Shown here in pieces: positions 42,608 through 50,480 of a stretch of 64,000 nt of DNA. Numbering within the stretch: the stretch's first letter is position 1; each line of letters begins with the position of its first letter. Made by a program: the position numbers and the translations under genes. Where the stretch lies: NCBI GenBank assembly GCA_016193175.1, contig JACPSR010000142.1, positions 54,332 through 118,331 of the forward strand, read 5' to 3'. Under the pieces are notes generated by a model that was not told where the DNA came from, ran no database searches, and worked only from the letters and a program-made list of their open reading frames with translations. This DNA comes from Candidatus Omnitrophota bacterium. Its GTDB lineage: Bacteria > Omnitrophota > Gorgyraeia > Aquiviventales > Aquiviventaceae.

Positions 42608-42719
42608 TCCCACGCCCTCGCAGCCTCGCCTTCGGCGAGGTCGCCAACGAGACGAAATGTCAAGAGGGGCTGGCGACGGCTCCGCCTACGGCGGAGCCCT
42701 GCCAGGGCGTGGGATGATG
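42605..42719 (+). repeat. Palindromic junction element, copy 6 (115 bp)
   Basis: Left arm TGATCCCACGCCCT 42605-42618 and right arm CAGGGCGTGGGATGATG 42703-42719. Hairpins CCTCGCC-TTC-GGCGAGG 42624-42640 and GGCTCCGCC-TAC-GGCGGAGCC 42678-42698. Inner stem GTCGCCA/TGGCGAC 42640-42646/42671-42677. Confidence 0.9.
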
Positions 42720-43739
42720 CGGTGTCTCCTGTTTGGCTTTGGCTACATGGGCAAGATCCGCTATCAGGTCCTGCGTCAACATCCCCTAGTGCGCGGCATC
42801 ACCATCGTGGATCACGGCGTGGATCCATCAACCGTCGGGCTCGATGGGCTCCTCCTTCCTGCAGGGGCCCCCATTCCGTGGGACGAAACCGACGCCGTCT
42901 TCGTCTGTACCCCGAACAATGTCACACCGGACCTGTGCGTGGAAGGGCTGCGTCGGTGTCGCCGGGTGTTTTGTGAAAAGCCGCCAGGACGAAACTGGGA
43001 GGATTTCTGTCGGATCGCCGACATGGCGGCCGCGGTCCCTGACCACACGCTGGTGTTCGGGTTCAACCACCGGTTGCACCCGTCTGTGCAGGCGGCCAAG
43101 TCGCTCATCGGCGAGGGCGGCCTGGGCGAGGTGCTGTATCTGAAGGGGACCTACGGCAAATCAGGCGGCATCCGGTATCGTGAGAGCTGGCGCACCAATC
43201 CGGACATCGCAGGCGGGGGCATTTTGCTCGATCAGGGCATCCATATGCTGGATTTGTTTCACCTCTTCCTTGGGCCGCTTACCGTGGTCGATGCCGTCCT
43301 GGTGGATTCCTTCTGGGGAACGGGATTGGAAGACAACGCCTTCATCCTGCTCCGCTCCGAGCAGGGAGTGCCGGTGTTCCTGCATTCTTCCGCGACGTTC
43401 TGGAAACACACGTTCCGCATCGAGGTCGGCTGTCGCAATGGCTACTTGGTGGCCAGTGGGTTGTTGTCACAGACCGGCAGCTACGGCCGTGAGCAGCTCG
43501 TCATCGGCAAGCGACAGTTCGAAGATGAGGCGCTGGCGCTGGGCAACCCCCGCGAGGAAATCATCCACTTCGACCGTGATGAGTCATGGGACAAAGAGGT
43601 CAACGAATTTCTTCTTGCCGCCCATGAAGGCCGACCGGCCACGCATGGCACGCTCGAGGATGCCCGACGGGTCATGCAGGTCATTCGGGATGTCTACGCC
43701 TTGGCCGATCGCCACGTCGTGAAACGGGCCGTCCCATGA
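42714..43739 (+). CDS. Gfo/Idh/MocA family oxidoreductase
   Basis: LLFGFGYMGKIRYQVL N-terminal fold, VFCEKPPG (EKP motif) and a C-terminal domain. Start is the ATG in the repeat arm. Confidence 0.8.
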   Translation: MMRCLLFGFGYMGKIRYQVLRQHPLVRGITIVDHGVDPSTVGLDGLLLPAGAPIPWDETDAVFVCTPNNVTPDLCVEGLRRCRRVFCEKPPGRNWEDFCRIADMAAAVPDHTLVFGFNHRLHPSVQAAKSLIGEGGLGEVLYLKGTYGKSGGIRYRESWRTNPDIAGGGILLDQGIHMLDLFHLFLGPLTVVDAVLVDSFWGTGLEDNAFILLRSEQGVPVFLHSSATFWKHTFRIEVGCRNGYLVASGLLSQTGSYGREQLVIGKRQFEDEALALGNPREEIIHFDRDESWDKEVNEFLLAAHEGRPATHGTLEDARRVMQVIRDVYALADRHVVKRAVP

Positions 43740-44728
43740 GAACCATTCAGACCAGTGCGAGCTTTCCCCTCTCCTCCGTCAAGCCCCTCGATGGGTTGCT
43801 GCGCTATCGCAGCTACTGTCTGGAGAGGACGCGCCAGGCGCTTCGCGGTCCCACCAGGCGCCGTCAACGCTCACCCATTGACGGCGCACCGCTTGAGCCC
43901 TTCGGCGACGTCGAGGGATTGCGCTACCTGCGGTGTCCGAACAGCGGGAGCCTGTTTCTCGAGGAGTTGCCGGCGTCGGCATCATGGGCGAAGCTCCTCC
44001 AGGACGTGAGCCGCCACCGGTTTTCATCAGAGGGCTTCTACCCTGGATTGGCGCAGTCGCGCACCGATCACGTCTACACCCCAAAGTTGGAATGGATTCG
44101 GGACACCCTCCGATTGCAGGGGATGCATCAGCCGATCATCCTGGAGGCCGCCACACCTCCCAGCACCTTCACGCATCTGCTGAAGGACAGCGGGATGTGT
44201 TCAGAGGTGCTGGTCGTTGATGAAATGACCGTGGCCGCGGGGTCCGGCCACGACGCTGACGCGCCTCGCGTCCACGCCGCGATTCTGCTAGAATCGCTGG
44301 ATCGCGTGGATGATCCGGTGGCGCTGTTGCAAGCCGTGGTGAGTCGGATGGAGGAGGGCGGGTTGCTGTTTGTGACGGCGTTGGTGTGTTCAGGGTTTGA
44401 CCTGGCGGTGCTGGGACTCAACAATCTGTATCTGTGTCCCCCGGATCGGACCAACTGTTTTAGCCTCCAGGGGCTGTCGCGCGTGCTGACCCAAGCCGGG
44501 TTGACGTTACTCGAAGTCAGCACGCCGGGGGTGTTGGACGTCGAGGTGGTCCGCGCCCACCTCCAGCACAATCCGTCGCTGCCGGTGTCGCGCTTCGAGC
44601 GGCAGCTCATCGAGGCCGATGCCCCAACCCACGTGACGCTCCAGGCCTTTTTACAGCAGCAAGGCCTGAGCTCATTTGCGCGGTTAGTCGGAAAGAAGGT
44701 GTCCTTAGGAAAGGGGGAGCACGTATGA
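43736..44728 (+). CDS. Hypothetical protein, class I methyltransferase-like fold (weak)
   Basis: 330 aa. AAILLESLDRVDDPVALLQAVVSRMEEGGLLFV resembles the distal part of SAM-MT folds, but no clear GxGxG motif is present. Confidence 0.4.
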   Translation: MRTIQTSASFPLSSVKPLDGLLRYRSYCLERTRQALRGPTRRRQRSPIDGAPLEPFGDVEGLRYLRCPNSGSLFLEELPASASWAKLLQDVSRHRFSSEGFYPGLAQSRTDHVYTPKLEWIRDTLRLQGMHQPIILEAATPPSTFTHLLKDSGMCSEVLVVDEMTVAAGSGHDADAPRVHAAILLESLDRVDDPVALLQAVVSRMEEGGLLFVTALVCSGFDLAVLGLNNLYLCPPDRTNCFSLQGLSRVLTQAGLTLLEVSTPGVLDVEVVRAHLQHNPSLPVSRFERQLIEADAPTHVTLQAFLQQQGLSSFARLVGKKVSLGKGEHV

Positions 44729-46284
44729 CCGAACGACATCAGTTTCGGGTATTACTGGCCTATCCGAATTTGAGCATGATGCTCACCCCATCCTATGCAG
44801 TGGGATTGTTTACCGCTATTCTGAAAGCCCAGGGGTATGAGATCGAGCTGTTTGACTGCACCCCCTATCTGGCGACGTACGAATACCTGGGGGAGCCGTT
44901 GCCCGTCACACGAGCCAACAAACTCCTCAACAGCCGGCGGTTTGACGCCTTCACCCTCTGGGGCGAGCCAAAAACACATCTCCTGGATGACTTTGTCAAG
45001 ACCATCGAAGCGTTCAAGCCGCACGTCGTCATCTTTTCAACCCTGGTGGAAGACACCTGGCCCCAGGCGAAAGACCTCCTGAAGCTCCTGGCCCACTACC
45101 CCTCCATCAAGACGCTGGTCGGTGGAGTCTTCTCCACGATGGCCCCCGAGGTGATCGCAGATCCTCACACGCAGTGTGTCGGGCTTGGGGAGGGTGAGGA
45201 GGTCATCGTGGAGTTCTGCGAGTGCGTCCGCCACGGCGTGGCTCCGACCCACATCCAGGGGACCTGGGCGAAGGATGTTGATGGGACGGTGATCCACAAC
45301 CCGGCGCGCCCGCTTGTGGATATCAACAAGGTGGTGCCGGATTTCTCACTGTTCGACGAGCGGCGGTTTCTCCGGCCGTTGGGAGCACGGATCTGGAAGG
45401 CGATCCCGCTGGAAACCTACCGCGGCTGCCCGTATACCTGCACCTTCTGCAATTCCCCCAGACAGGTCCTCCTCGCGAAAGAACGGCAGCAGGGATTCTT
45501 CCTGCGACGCAAGACCATGGCGACACTCCGTCATGAGATGGAGGTCATGATCGAGCGCTACCGACCGGAGTTCTTTTACATCAACGATGACGCGTTCATG
45601 GCCCGGCCGAAGCAGGAGATCGCCGAGTTCGTCGCCATGTACAAGGACTTCAAGATTCCGTTTTGGTTTCAAACGCGATTCGAGGACGTCGATGCCGAGA
45701 AGCTGGACTGGGTGTCGAGCGTGGGGTGCTACCGGATCTCGTTTGGTCTTGAGCATGGCAACGAGCACTACCGGCAGGAGAAACTCAGGCGGAAGATGAC
45801 GAACGAGTTCATCCTGCAGCAGTCAAAGATTGTCACGGCATCAGGCATTCCGTATACGCTGAATGTCCTCGTCGGCATGCCCTATGAGACCCGGGAGTTG
45901 CTCTTCGACAGCATTCGGCTCTGCCGCGGGATTGGCATGTTTGATTCCCTGAGCGTGAACGTCTTCGTGCCGTACCACGGTACACCCCTGCGGGAGATGG
46001 CGATTCAAGAAGGGTGGTTAGATCCCGAGGCTCAGACCACCTCGGTCATCTCGAAGTCTCTCCTGACAATGCCTGAGCCCTATCTACAAGCCGATGAGAT
46101 CCTTGCGCTGCAGCGGGTCTTTCCCCTGTACGTGCGGTTGCCCGAATCACGATACCAGGAGGTTCGGATCGCGGAGCAGGACGATGACGAAGGGAAGGCG
46201 GTCTTTGAAGCCCTGTCAAAGGAGTTCTATCAAATGGTGTATGGGAAAGATGAAGCCGAACGCATGCTCACGTATGCTGGCTAG
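44725..46284 (+). CDS. B12-binding domain radical SAM enzyme (class B)
   Basis: N-terminal B12-like domain (FKPHVVIFSTL, LVGGVF) and cluster motif YRGCPYTCTFCNSP. Confidence 0.8.
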   Translation: MTERHQFRVLLAYPNLSMMLTPSYAVGLFTAILKAQGYEIELFDCTPYLATYEYLGEPLPVTRANKLLNSRRFDAFTLWGEPKTHLLDDFVKTIEAFKPHVVIFSTLVEDTWPQAKDLLKLLAHYPSIKTLVGGVFSTMAPEVIADPHTQCVGLGEGEEVIVEFCECVRHGVAPTHIQGTWAKDVDGTVIHNPARPLVDINKVVPDFSLFDERRFLRPLGARIWKAIPLETYRGCPYTCTFCNSPRQVLLAKERQQGFFLRRKTMATLRHEMEVMIERYRPEFFYINDDAFMARPKQEIAEFVAMYKDFKIPFWFQTRFEDVDAEKLDWVSSVGCYRISFGLEHGNEHYRQEKLRRKMTNEFILQQSKIVTASGIPYTLNVLVGMPYETRELLFDSIRLCRGIGMFDSLSVNVFVPYHGTPLREMAIQEGWLDPEAQTTSVISKSLLTMPEPYLQADEILALQRVFPLYVRLPESRYQEVRIAEQDDDEGKAVFEALSKEFYQMVYGKDEAERMLTYAG

Positions 46285-46903
46285 AGGGCAGTCGTTCCTC
46301 CAGCAATATCGCGACGAGGCCGCCCAGATTGCCCAGGCGCTGGACGTCGAGACGATGGATCACATGGTGGGGCGGCTTGTCCGGTTGCGCGATGAAGGCG
46401 GTCGTCTCTTCCTCTGCGGCGTGGGCGGGAGTGCCGGAAACTGCAGCCATGCGGTGAACGATTTTCGCAAGCTCGCCGGGATCGAAGCGTACAGTCCGGT
46501 GGATAATGTCTCAGAGCTGACAGCGCGAACCAACGACGAGGGCTGGGAGACGGTGTTTGCGGCATGGCTGAAGGTGAGCCGGGCCAGTTCGCGTGACGTG
46601 CTGTTCATCCTGTCAGTCGGTGGGGGCAGCCGAGAGCGCAACATCAGCGCCAACCTGGTGGCCGCTATTGATGAGGCCAAGGCCCGGGGCATGGATGTGT
46701 TGGGGGTCGTGGGACGGGACGGCGGGTACACGAAGCGACGAGGCGATCTGGTGCTGGTCATTCCGACGGTCAACGAGCAATCGGTCACGCCGCACACCGA
46801 GGCGTTCCAGGCCGTCGTGTGGCATGCCCTCGTGTCCGATCCACGCCTGATGGTGTGTGGCAACAAGTGGGAGACGCAGACCCTCCATGAGTCGAAGGTG
46901 TAA
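46274..46903 (+). CDS. gmhA: SIS-domain sedoheptulose 7-phosphate isomerase
   Basis: RLFLCGVGGSAGNCSHAVNDFRK and VLFILSVGGGS are typical of phosphoheptose isomerase. Start chosen inside the longer ORF at 46094. Confidence 0.8.
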   Translation: MLARGQSFLQQYRDEAAQIAQALDVETMDHMVGRLVRLRDEGGRLFLCGVGGSAGNCSHAVNDFRKLAGIEAYSPVDNVSELTARTNDEGWETVFAAWLKVSRASSRDVLFILSVGGGSRERNISANLVAAIDEAKARGMDVLGVVGRDGGYTKRRGDLVLVIPTVNEQSVTPHTEAFQAVVWHALVSDPRLMVCGNKWETQTLHESKV

Positions 46904-47996
46904 CCGAACCGCACGACGCCACCAACCCATCGGCAAGACGAAAGCCGTCGTCTTCACGACGCTCGCGGTGTTCCTCTCGGCAGCTCTCACGGCTGGTGCC
47001 GTGATCGGCGTGGATCTCTCTCTGCACAAGCGATTCGAAACCTCAGCGGGGCTGAACGTCCGGGGCTACCGCGGTCCGCTGGTCGGAAGGAAGCAACCCG
47101 GAGAGCGGCGGATCGTCGTGCTGGGCGGCAGCGCCGCCTTCGGCTATGGTGTGCGGGTGCATGAAGCGTTCCCCGCGGCCCTTGAGCGACAGCTCAACGA
47201 CGGCCAACGACGGGGGGATCGGGGAGCTGTCGGTGTGGTGAACCTCGCGTACAACCGGGAAGGGGCCTACGCGTTACTCTCTACACTCAAAGACTATGAG
47301 GCGCTGGATTACGACATGGCGCTTTTCTACACGGGATATAACGACTTGCCAGAAGAGCCAAACCTCCAGGTCTATCGACACGAATCGCTCGCCTTCACGT
47401 TGACCGGCTACCACCCAATTCTCCCCCTGGTCTTGAAAGAGAAGTGGATGGCCCTGCGTCACGGAGGCAATCTGGAAGCGGCGTATCGGGAAGCCGGTCA
47501 GCGGGTGCCACCCCACCCCGTCCTCTTCCGGCCGGGGGGTGGGCCGCCGGGCAATGCCGAGATGCGCAAGACGGCTGCCGATATCCGGCAAGCCCTGGAA
47601 CGTCGTCTCGGCCGCCTGACCTACCCGGACACATTGGTTGCCGCGGCGGGCGTCGAGTGCGGTGGTCGCTGGGCGCACTATTGCCAGGGCGTGGCGGTTG
47701 CGGTTGAGTACGCGTTTGAACGCGGGAAGCGGGTCCTCGTCGTGACCGAGCCCTATCTCTCGGACGACCATGTGGCGCAGCAGGCCGCGCTGGCGAACAT
47801 GCTGAAGGCGCGCTTCGGAAACGAACAGCGAGTGCAATATGTGAACCTCGGCCAGGGCGTGGTGGACCTCGACGATTCGAATCTGTGTTTCGATGGGATG
47901 CATCTGACGGCAGCGGGCAACGAGCGGATCGCCGAACACCTCGCCGGTCCCATCCTGGAGATCTTGGATCGGGCCGCAGCGACTGCGGGTTCATGA
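46887..47996 (+). CDS. Membrane-anchored SGNH-like hydrolase/acyltransferase family protein
   Basis: N-terminal TM helix (VVFTTLAVFLSAALTAGAVIG), VVLGGSAAFGYG block and distal DGMH block. Confidence 0.5.
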   Translation: MSRRCNRTARRHQPIGKTKAVVFTTLAVFLSAALTAGAVIGVDLSLHKRFETSAGLNVRGYRGPLVGRKQPGERRIVVLGGSAAFGYGVRVHEAFPAALERQLNDGQRRGDRGAVGVVNLAYNREGAYALLSTLKDYEALDYDMALFYTGYNDLPEEPNLQVYRHESLAFTLTGYHPILPLVLKEKWMALRHGGNLEAAYREAGQRVPPHPVLFRPGGGPPGNAEMRKTAADIRQALERRLGRLTYPDTLVAAAGVECGGRWAHYCQGVAVAVEYAFERGKRVLVVTEPYLSDDHVAQQAALANMLKARFGNEQRVQYVNLGQGVVDLDDSNLCFDGMHLTAAGNERIAEHLAGPILEILDRAAATAGS

Positions 47997-48154
47997 TGGG
48001 AAAGGCCAGAATCCTGTTTGAGTTTTGGGAGTTTCTGAGAACACAGAAGAAGTGTTGGCTCCTTCCGATCATCGTGGTGCTGTGCCTGCTGGGGATCTTG
48101 GTCGCCTTTTCTCAAAGCAGCGTGGTGGCGCCATTCATCTACACCCTGTTTTAG
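47993..48154 (+). CDS. Small membrane protein, DUF5989-like (carbamoyltransferase-associated)
   Basis: 53 aa, MMGKARILFEFWEFLRTQKKCWLLPIIVVLCLLGILV. I recall this type next to SxtJ and carbamoyltransferase genes. ATGA junction upstream. Confidence 0.6.
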   Translation: MMGKARILFEFWEFLRTQKKCWLLPIIVVLCLLGILVAFSQSSVVAPFIYTLF

Positions 48155-48550
48155 ATGGCGGACACGACGCGCGCACAGGAGCGGTCGTTCGGACTATCGG
48201 TCGGTCTCATCTTCGGACTGCTGGCGGCCTTCGCCCTGTGGCGGGGGCGGCCGGCGGTGGGATGGGTGTGCGGACTGATCGCCGTTGCGCTCGTGGTGCC
48301 TGCCCTCACCAGGCCGGCGTGGCTTCGCATCCCCAGCCGCCTGTGGTGGCGGCTGGCCCGTGCGCTGGGATGGGTCAACACGCGGGTGCTGTTGTCGGTG
48401 TTCTTCTTCTTCGTTGTGACGCCGACGGGACTGGTCATGCGGTTATGCGGCTGGGATCCCCTGCACCGGCGACGCGCCAGCCGCGGCAGCGGCTGGGTGC
48501 CGCATTCGGAGCGGTATCGAGACCCCAAGCACTACGAACGGATGTACTGA
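48155..48550 (+). CDS. SxtJ-family membrane protein
   Basis: 131 aa. ERSFGLSVGLIFGLLAAFALWRG and TRVLLSVFFFFVVTPTGLVMR match my recollection of SxtJ-like proteins. Confidence 0.6.
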   Translation: MADTTRAQERSFGLSVGLIFGLLAAFALWRGRPAVGWVCGLIAVALVVPALTRPAWLRIPSRLWWRLARALGWVNTRVLLSVFFFFVVTPTGLVMRLCGWDPLHRRRASRGSGWVPHSERYRDPKHYERMY

Positions 48551-48586
48551 ACCTCTTCATGAGAAGCGAACCATGAGGTGCGAGCG

Positions 48587-49591
48587 ATGAATGCTTCGCC
48601 AGAAGTGTCGATGATCTTCCCACTGCGTGATGAAGCCGGCAACCTCAAGGTCTTATACGAACGGGTCCGGGAAGCCTTTCGTCAGGCGGGCGTGCCGTCG
48701 TACGAACTGGTGTTTGTCGATGATGGAAGTCGAGACGAGTCGCTGACCATCATTAAGACCTTGCGTGCAGACGATCCCTGTGTCCGGTACCTGTCTCTGA
48801 GCCGAAGCTTCGGGCACCAGGCGGCGCTGTTTGCTGGACTGTGCTGGGCCCGTGGTCGAGCCGTGATAATGATGGACGCCGATTTACAGCATCCGCCAGA
48901 GCTCATCCCTGAGATGATCCGACTCTGGCGCGAGGGCTATGAGATCGTCTACACGACGAAGCGCAACGCCCAGATAGCGTGGTTCTGGCGGTGGCAAATG
49001 CGGTTGGTCTACCCAGTGCTTTCGAAGCTCGCTGGTCTGCGGCTCTCCTTCGGGCAGTCCGACTTTAGGCTACTGGACAGCAAGGTCGCCGAGGTCCTGC
49101 GCTCCATGCCGGAATATCGGAAGTTTCTCCGCGGATTGGTCAGCTGGGTCGGATTCAAGCAAATCGGGATCGCCTACACGGTTCCGAAGAGGTGCGAGGG
49201 TCGTTCGAAGTATTCCTACCGGACGCTCGCGCGACTCGCCCTGGACGGCCTCTTCGCGTTTTCAGCGTTCCCCTTACGCATGCTATTGTGGTTTGGAATC
49301 ACGCTCTCGGCAATACTTGCGCCGTACATGGTCTGGGTCATGTCCCTGGGTGTGAGGAGGATGTTGGGGGAAGTCGTCGACTATCCGACAGGGTGGGTGA
49401 CGGTCGTGGTCGCGGTGTTGTTGATAGGGAGTGTCCAGCTCGTTGCCATCGGGTTGATGGGAGAATACATTGCACGGATTTTTGAGCAGACGCAAGGCCG
49501 CCCGCCCTTCATCGTTCGCGAGTATTCAGATCAGGAACAACGGGCCGTGCCGGTTCCTGAGAGATGGGCGGAGCCTGTTGGACTTGGGTGA
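48587..49591 (+). CDS. Family 2 glycosyltransferase, polyprenyl-phosphate sugar synthase type (paralog of 2159-3139)
   Basis: SMIFPLRDEAGNL, FVDDGSRDES, DADLQHPP and two C-terminal TM helices. GTG at 48578 is an alternative start. Confidence 0.8.
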   Translation: MNASPEVSMIFPLRDEAGNLKVLYERVREAFRQAGVPSYELVFVDDGSRDESLTIIKTLRADDPCVRYLSLSRSFGHQAALFAGLCWARGRAVIMMDADLQHPPELIPEMIRLWREGYEIVYTTKRNAQIAWFWRWQMRLVYPVLSKLAGLRLSFGQSDFRLLDSKVAEVLRSMPEYRKFLRGLVSWVGFKQIGIAYTVPKRCEGRSKYSYRTLARLALDGLFAFSAFPLRMLLWFGITLSAILAPYMVWVMSLGVRRMLGEVVDYPTGWVTVVVAVLLIGSVQLVAIGLMGEYIARIFEQTQGRPPFIVREYSDQEQRAVPVPERWAEPVGLG

Positions 49592-49601
49592 TGTCTCGCC
49601 G

Positions 49602-50480
49602 ATGAGAGCGAGCGTGGTCATTAACGCTGACGACTTTGGGATCCATCGCGCGGTGAATCGAGCCATCCAACGAGCGCATCATGAGGGCGTGGTGACCAGC
49701 GCCTCTCTGATGACGTGCGGGGTGGCGTTCGATGATGCGCTGGAACGCCTCAAGGTGAGCCCTGCGCTCGGGGTCGGGATCCATTTGACGTTAGTGGAAG
49801 AACGTCCGGTGCTGCCGTCCTCACACGTGCCGTCATTAGTGGGTCCTGATGGCCGGATGCCGAGATCCTATTGGCACTTTGTGAACGGATGGCTCAGGGG
49901 TCGCATTCAGCCATGCGATGTCCAGCGCGAATTGGAAGCCCAAGTGGACCGACTGCTTGCCAACGGGATTCAGCCCACCCATGCGGATAGCCATCAACAC
50001 ATCCACGTGGTGCCTGGAGTGTGGTCCATCGTGGCGCGGATTGCCCACGCCTACCGGATTCCGTTTCTCCGAACGCCGTGCTTCACGTCGTTGTGGGAGC
50101 ACATCGACAGCTGGTCAGAGCCGTTTCTAAGGGGCGGGATGAATCTGCTAAGGGCCATGCGTTGTCTGTGGTGGCCATCCAAGATTGCCCGGGCCGATTA
50201 CCTTGATGGACTGAGCCAGAGCGGCCGCATGACAGCCGAAGCGTTGCTGAGGATTCTGACGTCCCTGCGCCCTGGGCTTACCGAAATCATGGTGCATCCC
50301 GGAGAGGAGAACGAGACGTTACGACGCCTGTACTCCTGTGGACCCTGGCAGGGGTTCGATTGGGAAGCTGAGCTGGCGGCGTTGACCGATGCGCGGGTCC
50401 AGGCCGTCTGTCGTCAGGAGACGTTCTCGTTGACTCACTTCGGGGCTGTGTGGGCATCCATCTCAGAGGAGCGGCGATGA
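49602..50480 (+). CDS. YdjC/ChbG/HpnK-family carbohydrate deacetylase
   Basis: VVINADDFGIHRAVNRAIQRAHHEGVVTSASLM and HADSHQHIH metal-site motifs. Confidence 0.8.
   Translation: MRASVVINADDFGIHRAVNRAIQRAHHEGVVTSASLMTCGVAFDDALERLKVSPALGVGIHLTLVEERPVLPSSHVPSLVGPDGRMPRSYWHFVNGWLRGRIQPCDVQRELEAQVDRLLANGIQPTHADSHQHIHVVPGVWSIVARIAHAYRIPFLRTPCFTSLWEHIDSWSEPFLRGGMNLLRAMRCLWWPSKIARADYLDGLSQSGRMTAEALLRILTSLRPGLTEIMVHPGEENETLRRLYSCGPWQGFDWEAELAALTDARVQAVCRQETFSLTHFGAVWASISEERR

Noticed and set aside
1009-42719. The recurring GATCCCACGCCCT / AGGGCGTGGGATGATC motifs as a CRISPR array
   Set aside because: The units occur as inverted pairs 110-160 bp apart, and the pairs are separated by 1-19 kb of genes. 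They are not short direct repeats with uniform spacers, and no cas genes are present.
47684-47862. CCAGGGCGTGG strings at 47684-47694 and 47852-47862
   Set aside because: Both lack the GGGATGA continuation and encode Q-G-V within the SGNH-like protein. This is a codon-composition coincidence.
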